This document shows, piece by piece, positions 1 to 8,418 of a stretch of 64,000 nt of DNA (the stretch's first letter is position 1; each line of letters begins with the position of its first letter). The stretch comes from a bacterium (lineage in GTDB: Bacteria; Myxococcota_A; UBA9160; UBA4427). Made by a program: the position numbers and the translations under genes. Location: assembly GCA_031413515.1 (NCBI GenBank), contig JANOFF010000031.1, positions 131,166 through 195,165 of the forward strand, read 5' to 3'. The notes beneath the pieces were generated by a model. That model saw only the letters and a program-made list of their open reading frames with translations, did not search any database and was not told where the DNA came from.

Positions 1-1
1 G

Positions 2-722
2 TTCGTGGTCAGCACCCGGATCGGCTACGCGATCCCGTTCAACCAGATCTCGGACTGGGTGCTCGCGGTCGACGATACGACGCTCTGCGACAATCCGAGT
101 GACTGCGTGAACGTCGCCCCCCCTCGATCAGATCGATACCGATCTGCGCCTTCCCCTGACCGAGCGCTACTTCCTCGGCGGCATCGGGACGTTCCAGCTG
201 CGCGGTTATCGGGCGAGGTCGCAGGGGCCTCGCCGCGCGATCCTGCAGCGAACCGGTGTGACGGGGGAGGGGAGCCTGTTCCATCCGGTGGGCACCGTGG
301 TCGAGTTCGACCCGACCAATGGGCGCTACGTGGCCATCTGCCAGCCTGCAGGTGCCTTCGGCCAGGGCAATCTGAACGGATTGTGCAACACGCTGAACAC
401 GCAGAACATCAACGACTTCAACGATCTCGCCGAGACGGACGTCGTGGGTGGCAATTCATTCGTCTCGTCGAGCTTCGAATACCGGTTTCCGATCTCGCAG
501 ACCGTCGGTCTGCAGGGCGTGCTGTTCGTGGATGGAGGCAATGCCTTCTACGAGGGTCAGAACCTGTTCGACGTGACGGACTGGCGCTACGGTTATGGCG
601 GAGGGGTGCTCTGGTTCTCCCCCTTCGGTCCACTCCAGCTGGTGCTCGGATTTCCCGTCGACCCAGACATTTTCGACGAGAGCCCGGTGTTCGAGTTCTC
701 GGTCGGCGGATTCGGCCTCTAG
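2..722 (+). CDS. bamA: Outer membrane protein assembly factor BamA, C-terminal beta-barrel part (5' partial; reading frame changes at a C7 run at 117-123)
   Basis: Frame 2 (2-~118) reads FVVSTRIGYAIPFN... with high GC3. Frame 3 from 111 reads LPLTERYFLGGIGTFQLRGY...GNSFVSSSFEYRFPI...VLFVDGGNAF...GGGVLWFSPFGPLQLVLGFPV, which is typical of the Omp85/BamA barrel end. It is followed by skp and lpxA, as in canonical clusters. Confidence 0.8.
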
Positions 723-790
723 TCGGCCGCGTCCCGAACCGGGCAATGCGGAGTGGCCTTCCATTTCCGCGCTTTCAGGGAGACAGTCAA

Positions 791-1312
791 GTGCGCGTGT
801 ACAGCTCGATCGTGATCGCAGTTTCATTGCTGGTGCTGGGCTTCGGATCTGCGGCGAGCGCCAAGGACATGAAGATCGGGATCGTCGATCTCGACATGGC
901 GGTCGGTGCGACGACGGAAGGCAAGACCGCACGGGAGGAACTCGAGAAGAAGAAGCGCGAGGCCGAACTCGAGCTGCAACCGATGATCGAGCGATACCAG
1001 CAGCTCACCGACGAATATCAGAAGAAGCGCGTCGTGCTGAGCCCCGAGAAACTGAGGGAGATGGAGCTCGACATCACCGAACTGCAGAGCCGCCTCGAGG
1101 GAAAGCAGGCCGAAGTGCAGTCGCGGCTGCGAGTGGATTTCGAGCGCCTGGTGGGACCGCTGCGCGAGAAGCTGGCCCGGGTGGTCGACGAAATCGGACG
1201 CGAAGACGGCTATTCGATGATCCTGATGAAGAACACGCCCGGTGTGATGTTCTCGGACGAGTCGATGGACGTCACCGAGCTGGTCATCAAGAAGTTCAAC
1301 GAAGCCAAGTGA
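791..1312 (+). CDS. skp: OmpH/Skp-family periplasmic chaperone
   Basis: GTG at 791 follows GGGAGA. Signal peptide (VRVYSSIVIAVSLLVLGFGSAASA), then KIGIVDL and a long charged coiled-coil (EELEKKKREAELELQ...). It sits directly after bamA. Confidence 0.85.
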   Translation: MRVYSSIVIAVSLLVLGFGSAASAKDMKIGIVDLDMAVGATTEGKTAREELEKKKREAELELQPMIERYQQLTDEYQKKRVVLSPEKLREMELDITELQSRLEGKQAEVQSRLRVDFERLVGPLREKLARVVDEIGREDGYSMILMKNTPGVMFSDESMDVTELVIKKFNEAK

Positions 1313-1318
1313 GCATCG

Positions 1319-2095
1319 GTGGCATCGGTCCACCCGACGGCCACGGTTGAAGCGGGGGCGCGGCTCGCCCCGGATGCCACCGTCGGACCGTATGCATATG
1401 TCGGCCCCGCGGTGGAACTCGGGGCCGGGGTCGTGCTGGGCCCCCACGTAGTCGTCGTCGGTCGGACCCGTGTCGGGGCGCGCACGAAGATCCATGCGCA
1501 CGCCTGTCTCGGTGGCGACCCCCAGCACGTCGATCACGCCGGCGAGTCGACACGGCTCGAGGTCGGCTGCGACAACGTGATCGGAGAGCACGTCTCGATC
1601 CATCTGGGCACGGTCGCTGGCGGGGGCTGCACCCGGATCGGCGACGCGAACTGGATCATGAACGCATCGCACGTCGCGCACGATTGCGTGGTCGGGTCAT
1701 CGACCGTGATCGCCAGCTTCAGCGGTCTCGCGGGACACGTGGTGGTCGAGGATCACGCGGTGCTCGGTGCGTACACGGGTGTGCACCAGCATGCGCGGGT
1801 CGGCGAATCGGTGATGACCGCCTCGGGATCCAGGTTTTCCCTGGATGCACCTCCCTTCGCACTCGTGGCAGGAGATCGTGCGAGGGTCGTGGGCCTGAAC
1901 GCCGTCGGGCTGAAACGGCGGGGTTTCCCGGCGCCGACGCTGGCGGCCATCAAGCGCGCCCATCATCTGGTCTTCCGCAGCCGATTGCGACTCGAGGACG
2001 CTCTGGCCCGCGTCGAGATCGAAATCGGCTCTGCGCCCGAGGTGGAGCGATTCGTCCGATTCCTGCGCGAATCCGTGCGCGGCTTCTGTCGCTGA
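1319..2095 (+). CDS. lpxA: Acyl-ACP--UDP-N-acetylglucosamine O-acyltransferase
   Basis: Hexapeptide-repeat N-terminus (VHPTATVEAGARLAPDATVGPYAYVGP...) and a C-terminal helical domain with GLNAVGLKRRGF, characteristic of LpxA. Confidence 0.9.
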   Translation: MASVHPTATVEAGARLAPDATVGPYAYVGPAVELGAGVVLGPHVVVVGRTRVGARTKIHAHACLGGDPQHVDHAGESTRLEVGCDNVIGEHVSIHLGTVAGGGCTRIGDANWIMNASHVAHDCVVGSSTVIASFSGLAGHVVVEDHAVLGAYTGVHQHARVGESVMTASGSRFSLDAPPFALVAGDRARVVGLNAVGLKRRGFPAPTLAAIKRAHHLVFRSRLRLEDALARVEIEIGSAPEVERFVRFLRESVRGFCR

Positions 2096-2213
2096 ACCGC
2101 TCCGTTCGGTGGCTTCTGGTCCGTTCGCCAGCGTCATTCGTGTAAGATCAGGCGCCGAGGGAGTGGGGCCAGACCCGGAGGGTCCCGGCTCGCCGCAACG
2201 GAACGGAGGGTCG

Positions 2214-3056
2214 GTGGCGGATCGCCTGGGTCTCATCGCGGGAGGCGGTGACCTGCCTCTCGAGATTGCCCGCGCCGCGCAGGGCAGGGCGGTCTTCGCC
2301 GTGGGATTTCCCGGCATCACCGATCCGGCTCTGTCGGATCGGGTCGAAGCGATGTCGTGGCAAACACTCGGTCGGGTCTCTTCGATTTTGACCACGCTTC
2401 GCGAAGCCGGCGTGGTCGACCTGGTGCTGGCTGGAAAGATCGAGAAGAACGATCTGATCGGCAGTCCCGGGAACCTGCGTCTCGATGATCTGGCCCGGAC
2501 CTGGCTCGCGCGGTCGCACGACCTGCGCGATGGCCGACTGCTCTCGCTGGTGGGGCGACTGCTCGAGTCCGAGGGATTCTCCGTGCTGTCCCAGAGCGAC
2601 CTGGTGCCGCATCTGCTTCCCGCCGCGGGTCAGCTCGGCAAGCTCGAGCCCACCCGCGAGCAGCTGCGGGACCTGGCATTCGGATGGCCGCTGGCCCGCC
2701 AGCTCGCGGATGCGGACATCGGTCAGTGCATCGCGGTCAAGCAGCGCGCGGTCGTGGCCGTCGAGGCGCTCGAGGGAACGGATGCCGCGATCGCCCGGGC
2801 GACCGCCCTCGTCGGTCACGGGCTCTGCGTCATCAAGCTCGCCGCGCGTGGCCACGATCCGCGCTTCGACCTGCCGACCGTCGGCCCGTCGACCCTCGCG
2901 CCGCTGGTCGCCGCCGGTGGCGGCGTGCTCGCCGTCGAGGCCGGCCGCACGCTGGTGCTCCACCGCGACGACATGATCGATCGCGCCGATCACGGCAACG
3001 TCGCGGTGCTCGCGATCGATCCGGCCGGACCGGGCCCGTGGGAGGACGGCCTGTGA
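2214..3056 (+). CDS. lpxI: UDP-2,3-diacylglucosamine pyrophosphatase LpxI (DUF1009 family)
   Basis: GTG at 2214 follows GGAGGG. LGLIAGGGDLPLEIA N-terminus, LAGKI, GQCIAVKQRAVVAVEALEGTD, and the position between lpxA and lpxB all match LpxI. The track ORF start at 2109 would add an atypical leader. Confidence 0.8.
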   Translation: MADRLGLIAGGGDLPLEIARAAQGRAVFAVGFPGITDPALSDRVEAMSWQTLGRVSSILTTLREAGVVDLVLAGKIEKNDLIGSPGNLRLDDLARTWLARSHDLRDGRLLSLVGRLLESEGFSVLSQSDLVPHLLPAAGQLGKLEPTREQLRDLAFGWPLARQLADADIGQCIAVKQRAVVAVEALEGTDAAIARATALVGHGLCVIKLAARGHDPRFDLPTVGPSTLAPLVAAGGGVLAVEAGRTLVLHRDDMIDRADHGNVAVLAIDPAGPGPWEDGL

Positions 3057-4102
3057 AGAGCCTGCGGATCGGAGTCGTCGGCGCCGGCTACATGGGCCCG
3101 CTGCACGCCGACAAGCTCACCCAGCTCGCCGCGACGGACCCCGCACTCGCGCTCGCCGGGATCGTCGACATCAAGCCGCTCCGCGCGCTGGCGGCGGCCC
3201 GGCGCTTCGGTGTCCCCGCCTACGAAGACGTGTGCGAGATCCTCCCGCACGTCGATGCGCTGATCGTCGCCGTTCCGACCGTCGAGCACTACCGGGTCGT
3301 GCGCAGCGCGCTCGAAGCCGGCGTCGACGTGCTGGTCGAGAAGCCGATCGCCGCCTCGCTCGACGAAGCGGAGCGACTGCTCGAACTCTCACACAGGCAC
3401 GGAAGGGTTCTGCAGGTCGGGCACCTCGAGTGGTTCAACGCGGCGATGGACGTGATCCGCGATCACTTCCGTCGCCCCCGCTACGCCGAGGCCTATCGGA
3501 TCGGTCCCTTTCCGGATCGGGCGACCGACATCGACGTGGTGCGCGATCTCATGATCCACGATCTCGACATCCTGCAGCAGCTGCTCGGCGAGGAGCCGAT
3601 GCAGATCGAGGCGGTCGGCGTGCCGGTGCTGACACCCAACATCGACATCGCGAACGCGCGCCTCGTCTATCCGGGTGGCTGCGTGGCCAACCTGACGGCG
3701 AGCCGGGTCTCGGCCTCGCCGATGCGCATGATCCGTTTCTTCCAGCCCGACGGTTATTTCTCGGTCGACTTCCTGAATCAAGCGGGAGTCGTCGCGCGCC
3801 GTTCCGCCGTTGTGCCGGGTGGATCGCCCCAGATCTCCGCCGCCAAGATCGACGTCACCCCGGGCGACGCGCTGCTCGGTCAGCTGCGCGCCTTCGTCCA
3901 CGCGGTGCGAACCCGCGAACGACCCCGGGTCGACGGGCTGAACGGGCTCGGTGCGCTGCGCACGGCGGTTCGCGTCCACGACGCGATCCTGCTCGAAGCG
4001 ACCCGAAGCGAGCGCGCCGAGGCGCGCTCGCCGGCGCGGATGCCGAGCCCGATCCGCGACGGCCGCATCGGGTCGGCTGGGCGCGAACCCGATCCGCGTT
4101 GA
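3053..4102 (+). CDS. Gfo/Idh/MocA-family NAD(P)-dependent oxidoreductase embedded in the lipid A cluster (GnnA-like by context)
   Basis: Rossmann N-terminus LRIGVVGAGYMGPLHA, then EKPIA and the C-terminal alpha/beta domain typical of Gfo/Idh/MocA. Its GTG start overlaps the lpxI stop (GTGA), and its stop shares one base with the lpxB ATG. Confidence 0.75.
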   Translation: MKSLRIGVVGAGYMGPLHADKLTQLAATDPALALAGIVDIKPLRALAAARRFGVPAYEDVCEILPHVDALIVAVPTVEHYRVVRSALEAGVDVLVEKPIAASLDEAERLLELSHRHGRVLQVGHLEWFNAAMDVIRDHFRRPRYAEAYRIGPFPDRATDIDVVRDLMIHDLDILQQLLGEEPMQIEAVGVPVLTPNIDIANARLVYPGGCVANLTASRVSASPMRMIRFFQPDGYFSVDFLNQAGVVARRSAVVPGGSPQISAAKIDVTPGDALLGQLRAFVHAVRTRERPRVDGLNGLGALRTAVRVHDAILLEATRSERAEARSPARMPSPIRDGRIGSAGREPDPR

Positions 4103-5277
4103 TGCCGAAGGTGCTGATCTCGGCCGGTGACGCATCCGGTGATCTGCACGCCGCCGGCTTCGCCCGCGCGCTGCGCGCCCGCATGCCGGACGTCGAATTG
4201 CTGGGACTCGGTGGCCGGGCGATGCGCGACGCCGGTGTCGAACTCGTCGCCGATCAGTCGGATCTGGCGATCGGGGGTCTGCTCGAGGTGGTGACGAGCG
4301 TCGGCCGCATCCGCAGAGCCTGGCGCGCGATCGACGCCGCACTGCTCCACCACGACCCGAGCCTCGTGGTGCTGGTCGATTCGGGTGGCTTCAATCTGCC
4401 CCTCGCCCGTCGGGCGCGCCGGCAGTCGCGTGCGAGGATCCTCTACTACGTCGCGCCCCAGGTCTGGGCCTGGCGTCCGGGTCGTGTCCGCAAGCTGCTC
4501 GGACGGGTCGACCGCGTGGCGGTCATCCATCCGTTCGAACTGGCTTTCTATCGCGCGGCGCGAGTTCCCTCGCCGGTTCCGGTGGAGTTCGTCGGTCATC
4601 CCCTGGTCGACGACCTCGTGCGTTTTCGTGCGGACTGCGATCGCGCCGAGGCGTGCCGTCGGGTCGGCCTCGACGCCTCACGGCGCTGGATCGCGCTGCT
4701 GCCCGGAAGCCGGCGAAACGAGATCGATCATCATCTGCCGGTGATGCTCGAAGCGGCGCGTCGGCTCGCGCTGCGCGTCCCCGACATCGGCATCGCGGTG
4801 GCGGTGGCCCCGAGTCTCGAAACCGGCCTCGTCGAAGCGCGGATCCGCGCGCTGCAGCGTCCAGGCGATCCGGAGTTCGTGGCGGTACGGGAGCAGACGC
4901 GGGCACTCATCCGAGCCTCGGAAGTCGTGCTCCTCAAGCCGGGAACCGCCACCGTCGAAGCGATGCTGCTCGACCGGCCGATGGTCGTGATCGCCCGCGC
5001 GAATCCGGTGACGGCGGCGATCATCCGACGGCTGCTCCATGTGCCGTGGCTCGCGATGCCGAACCTCGTGGCCGGTCGCGCGATCGTGCCCGAGTTGTGG
5101 CAACGCGAAGCGCAGCCCGCCCGCATCGCCGACCTCGTGGCAGGACTGCTCGACGAAGAGGCGGCGACCCTGCAGCGGCGCGACCTCGCAGCGGCCGCTC
5201 TGCAGCTCGGCGCCGGCGGTGCGGCCGAGCGGGCGAGTCGGATCGCGGAGGAGATGCTTGTCGCTGCGGCGAAATAG
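4102..5277 (+). CDS. lpxB: Lipid-A-disaccharide synthase
   Basis: SAGDASGDLHAA, DSGGFNL, YYVAPQVWAWR and LLKPGTATVE motifs, all typical of LpxB. Confidence 0.9.
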   Translation: MPKVLISAGDASGDLHAAGFARALRARMPDVELLGLGGRAMRDAGVELVADQSDLAIGGLLEVVTSVGRIRRAWRAIDAALLHHDPSLVVLVDSGGFNLPLARRARRQSRARILYYVAPQVWAWRPGRVRKLLGRVDRVAVIHPFELAFYRAARVPSPVPVEFVGHPLVDDLVRFRADCDRAEACRRVGLDASRRWIALLPGSRRNEIDHHLPVMLEAARRLALRVPDIGIAVAVAPSLETGLVEARIRALQRPGDPEFVAVREQTRALIRASEVVLLKPGTATVEAMLLDRPMVVIARANPVTAAIIRRLLHVPWLAMPNLVAGRAIVPELWQREAQPARIADLVAGLLDEEAATLQRRDLAAAALQLGAGGAAERASRIAEEMLVAAAK

Positions 5278-6508
5278 TCTGGCCACCGCCTCGGCGATCC
5301 TGGCGGCTCCGGTCGCGGTCGCGGCGCTCGCATGGCGGAGCGACTGGCGCGAGGGTCTGCCCGAGCGGCTCGGTGCTCTGCCCGTCCAGCCATCGGGTGC
5401 TCTGTGGCTGCACGGCGCGAGCCTCGGCGAAGCGCGGCTGGTCGCGCAGATCGCACGGCCGTGTCTGCGCGATGGACGACGCGTCTTCGTCACGGTGCAG
5501 ACGACGACGGCCCGTTCGCTGCTTCGCCGCGAGTTGCCCGAAGTACCGATAGCGCTCGCCCCTCTCGATCATCCCTGGTGCGTCGCGCGCGCTCTCGACC
5601 GCGTCGCCCCGGCGGCGATCGTGCTGTTCGAAACCGAGATCTGGCCGTGCTGGATCGCCGCGGCCGCCGAGCGAGACCTCGCCATCGGCATCCTCTCGGG
5701 TCGGATCTCCGATCGCTCGTGGCCCCGCTATCGACGGATCGCACCGTTGATCCGGGGCGCGCTGCGACGCCTGACTGCGATCGGCGCGCGCAGTCCCGTC
5801 GACGCGCAGCGATTCGTCGCGCTGGGCGCCGATCCGACACGCGTGAGCGTCACCGGCGACCTGAAGCTCGCGGCTCCGTCCGTCCCGCTCGAGCCCGCCC
5901 CCGATCTGCGGCGCGCACTGGCGGGCGAAGACGTGTTCGTCGCCGCCAGCACCCACGCGGGCGAGGAGCAGATCGTGCTCGACTCAGGCCGGATCCTGGC
6001 TGCGAGCGGGCTGTCTGTGCGTCTCGTGATCGCGCCGCGTCAGCTCGCACGGATCCCCGAGATCGAGCGTCTCGTGCGCGCGGCGGGACTGCGCTGTCGG
6101 CGGCGCTCGCACCTGGGCGGGGAAGCGCTCGAGCCCGACGACGTGCTGCTGCTCGACACGCTCGGCGAGCTGCGCGGCCTGCATGCACTGGCCCGGATCG
6201 CGTTCGTCGGGGGATCGCTCGTGCCGCTCGGTGGACACGACCCGATCGAGGTCGTCCATCAGCGCTGTGCGGTCGCGATCGGCCCGAACCACACGAACGT
6301 GTGTGGGACGGTCGAGCGGCTGGTGGCCGCCGGTGCCGCGGTCGTGGTCGACGACGCCGCAGGGCTCGCGCGAGCCGTGAGCGCCGCGGTGACGGGACCC
6401 GGCCCGGACCTGCGACGAGCCGCCGATGGCGTGATCGCCGAGGGGCGCGAGGTGCTCGAGCGATCTCTCGTCTGGATCGATCGACTCGCGGATCGCGGGG
6501 CCCCATGA
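5258..6508 (+). CDS. waaA: 3-deoxy-D-manno-octulosonic acid (Kdo) transferase
   Basis: WLHGASLGEARL and FETEIWP motifs with a GT30 C-terminal domain. TTG at 5258 lies 4 nt after GGAGGAG, and the spacing to the HGASLGE motif matches known WaaA. The exact start is somewhat uncertain. Confidence 0.8.
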   Translation: MSLRRNSLATASAILAAPVAVAALAWRSDWREGLPERLGALPVQPSGALWLHGASLGEARLVAQIARPCLRDGRRVFVTVQTTTARSLLRRELPEVPIALAPLDHPWCVARALDRVAPAAIVLFETEIWPCWIAAAAERDLAIGILSGRISDRSWPRYRRIAPLIRGALRRLTAIGARSPVDAQRFVALGADPTRVSVTGDLKLAAPSVPLEPAPDLRRALAGEDVFVAASTHAGEEQIVLDSGRILAASGLSVRLVIAPRQLARIPEIERLVRAAGLRCRRRSHLGGEALEPDDVLLLDTLGELRGLHALARIAFVGGSLVPLGGHDPIEVVHQRCAVAIGPNHTNVCGTVERLVAAGAAVVVDDAAGLARAVSAAVTGPGPDLRRAADGVIAEGREVLERSLVWIDRLADRGAP

Positions 6509-7578
6509 GGCGTCCCGACTGGATCTGGAAACGCGAGTGCGGACGGCTCGAGCGTCTGGTGCTGTCCCCGCTGCATGCGCTGTCGTGGCTCTACGCGGCG
6601 GGCGCCTTCGCGCATCGTGCGAGCCACTCGCCGCGACTGCTCGGTGCGCGGCGGCTCGACTGTGTCGTGGTCTCCGTCGGCAGCCCGGTGGTCGGCGGTT
6701 CAGCCAAGACACCGACCGCGGCCTGGATCGCGGCCGGTCTCCGGGCCCGCGGACACTCGGTGGCGATCGCGACCCGTGGCTACGGGGGCAGGCGCGCCCG
6801 TCGACCGCGCGTGGTCTCCGACGGCGTCGACGTAAACGCGGAGGTCGCGGAGGTCGGCGACGAGGCGCTCGTGCTGTGCGGCCAGGCGAAGGGCGTGCCG
6901 GTCATCGTTGCCCGCGACCGGGGCGCGGCGGGCGCGCTGGCCATCGAGCGATTCGGGACTCGTGTGCTGGTGCTGGATGACGGGCTCGCCCATCACCGAC
7001 TCGCGCGCGATGTCGAGATCGTGACCCTCGATGCGCAGTACGGACTCGGCAACGGCCTCGTGCTGCCCCGGGGCCCCCTTCGCGAACCGCTCGCCGCGCT
7101 CACAGAATTCGATGCGATCGGTGTGGTGGAGGGTCGGCTGTCGCGGACGGACGAGCGGCGTCTCGAATCCCATGGGCGCAAGGCCTTCCGCTACGCGGCG
7201 ACGCGGCGAGCGGTTTCGATCCGCCCTCTCGCGGCGGGGCCGTTGCGCTCCCCTGCGTCACTGGACGGTGTCGAGATCGGAGCCCTGTCGGGGATCGCCC
7301 AACCCGATGGCTTCAGCCGGACCCTCGAGTCCCTCGGCGCGAAGGTCGTCGCGCGGCGCGAATACGCCGATCACCATGTGTACCGTCGCCGCGATCTGGC
7401 CGGTCTGGATCGCGAGGCCCGCATCTGGCTCACCACCGAGAAGGATGCCGTGAAGCTCGAGCCGTCGTGGATCCGGGGATTCGAGCTGCTGGTGCTGCGC
7501 ATCGAACTCGAAGTCGAGCACGGAGAGGCGCTGCTCGACTGGCTGGAGGATCGCATCGCGACCGCGCGACCGGGTTGA
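6505..7578 (+). CDS. lpxK: Tetraacyldisaccharide 4'-kinase
   Basis: VVSVGSPVVGGSAKTP P-loop region, VLVLDDGLAHHRL and TTEKDAVKL, typical of LpxK. ATGA overlap with the waaA stop. Confidence 0.85.
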   Translation: MRRPDWIWKRECGRLERLVLSPLHALSWLYAAGAFAHRASHSPRLLGARRLDCVVVSVGSPVVGGSAKTPTAAWIAAGLRARGHSVAIATRGYGGRRARRPRVVSDGVDVNAEVAEVGDEALVLCGQAKGVPVIVARDRGAAGALAIERFGTRVLVLDDGLAHHRLARDVEIVTLDAQYGLGNGLVLPRGPLREPLAALTEFDAIGVVEGRLSRTDERRLESHGRKAFRYAATRRAVSIRPLAAGPLRSPASLDGVEIGALSGIAQPDGFSRTLESLGAKVVARREYADHHVYRRRDLAGLDREARIWLTTEKDAVKLEPSWIRGFELLVLRIELEVEHGEALLDWLEDRIATARPG

Positions 7579-7599
7579 CTGCCCCGAGCCCGCACCGGA

Positions 7600-8418
7600 T
7601 CAGTCGCCGACGGGCGCGCCCCGTTTCGTCAGGGCGCCGTATCCGCGCCGGAAGGCAGAGATCGCATCGTCGATCTGCCGCGTGTCGTTCGTGCGTTTCT
7701 TCAGCGAGCGCAGCAGGCGCTGCAGTTCGCGTGATCTTCGACGCGCGCCGAGCGACGCACCGAGTCGGGCTCGATCGAGATCGATCACCCAGGCCACGTA
7801 GCCGCCCCCCACGCATTCGCGCACGAGCAGATTGCCGACGTGGAGGTCTGCATGTCGCAGGCCGCGGTCGTGGAGATCGCGAACCGCCGCCCCGGCCGCA
7901 GCGGCCGCGGGAGAGAGCCGTCCGCCCTCGCCGCGCAACAGCCGGATTCCGTCGATCGCGCCCTCGATGTGGACGGTGCACAGGGCCGCGCGCCACAGCA
8001 GTCCGGATCGTCGGGCCAGCGCGAAGGCGGGCGCGGGAACCGGCGCCCCGGCCGCATGCAGGTGCGAGGTCACGAGAAGTTCGTGGCGGATCCTGGCGAG
8101 GCTGGCGATCCGACCGCGCCAGAGGGGTGCGATCCATCCGCCGCGCAACACGCGCCGCACGTGCAGCCGATGATCCGATCCGACGACCGGCTCGATCCGG
8201 GTGGCCGCTCGCCCGACCGGGCCCCCGGTGTGCGGTTCCACTGGCGCGAGCAACCGCGCGACCGCGGCGGGATCGGGCAGTCCGAGGGCGCGCCCGGCCT
8301 CTTCCCATTCGGCCGTCGTGAGCCAGATCGCCGCACCGCTTCGATGCTCGCGCAAATCAGGGCCCGTGCGCTCGAGCGCTGCGAGCCCGATCCCGGTCGG
8401 TTGCGGCTCGGCGATCAC
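7600..8418 (-). CDS. Lipopolysaccharide kinase (Kdo/WaaP) family protein, Kdo-kinase-like
   Basis: Catalytic-loop-like HADLHVGNLLV followed by VIDLDRA. About 270 aa, convergent with lpxK. The GTG start at 8418 overlaps the stop of the upstream permease (GTGA). Confidence 0.6.
   Translation of the reverse strand: MIAEPQPTGIGLAALERTGPDLREHRSGAAIWLTTAEWEEAGRALGLPDPAAVARLLAPVEPHTGGPVGRAATRIEPVVGSDHRLHVRRVLRGGWIAPLWRGRIASLARIRHELLVTSHLHAAGAPVPAPAFALARRSGLLWRAALCTVHIEGAIDGIRLLRGEGGRLSPAAAAAGAAVRDLHDRGLRHADLHVGNLLVRECVGGGYVAWVIDLDRARLGASLGARRRSRELQRLLRSLKKRTNDTRQIDDAISAFRRGYGALTKRGAPVGD

Noticed and set aside
5-1312. 435-aa ORF spanning the bamA end and skp as one protein
   Set aside because: Only the last ~174 codons (from GTG 791) make a sensible Skp/OmpH protein. 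Upstream, this frame is Arg/Pro-rich read-through of the out-of-frame bamA region. The absence of stops is a GC-content artefact.
2684-3052. Long N-terminal extensions in the ORF track (e.g. 2684-3052 before the oxidoreductase, 3232-4101 before lpxB, 5332-6504 before lpxK, 8895-9602 before the GT9 gene, 46463-48088 before ABC-2, 30576-31949 before the CMD gene)
   Set aside because: These extensions overlap the preceding genes in another frame and are Arg/Pro/Ala-rich. Family-typical N-termini with SD-like sequences or 4-nt stop/start overlaps occur at the internal starts I used.
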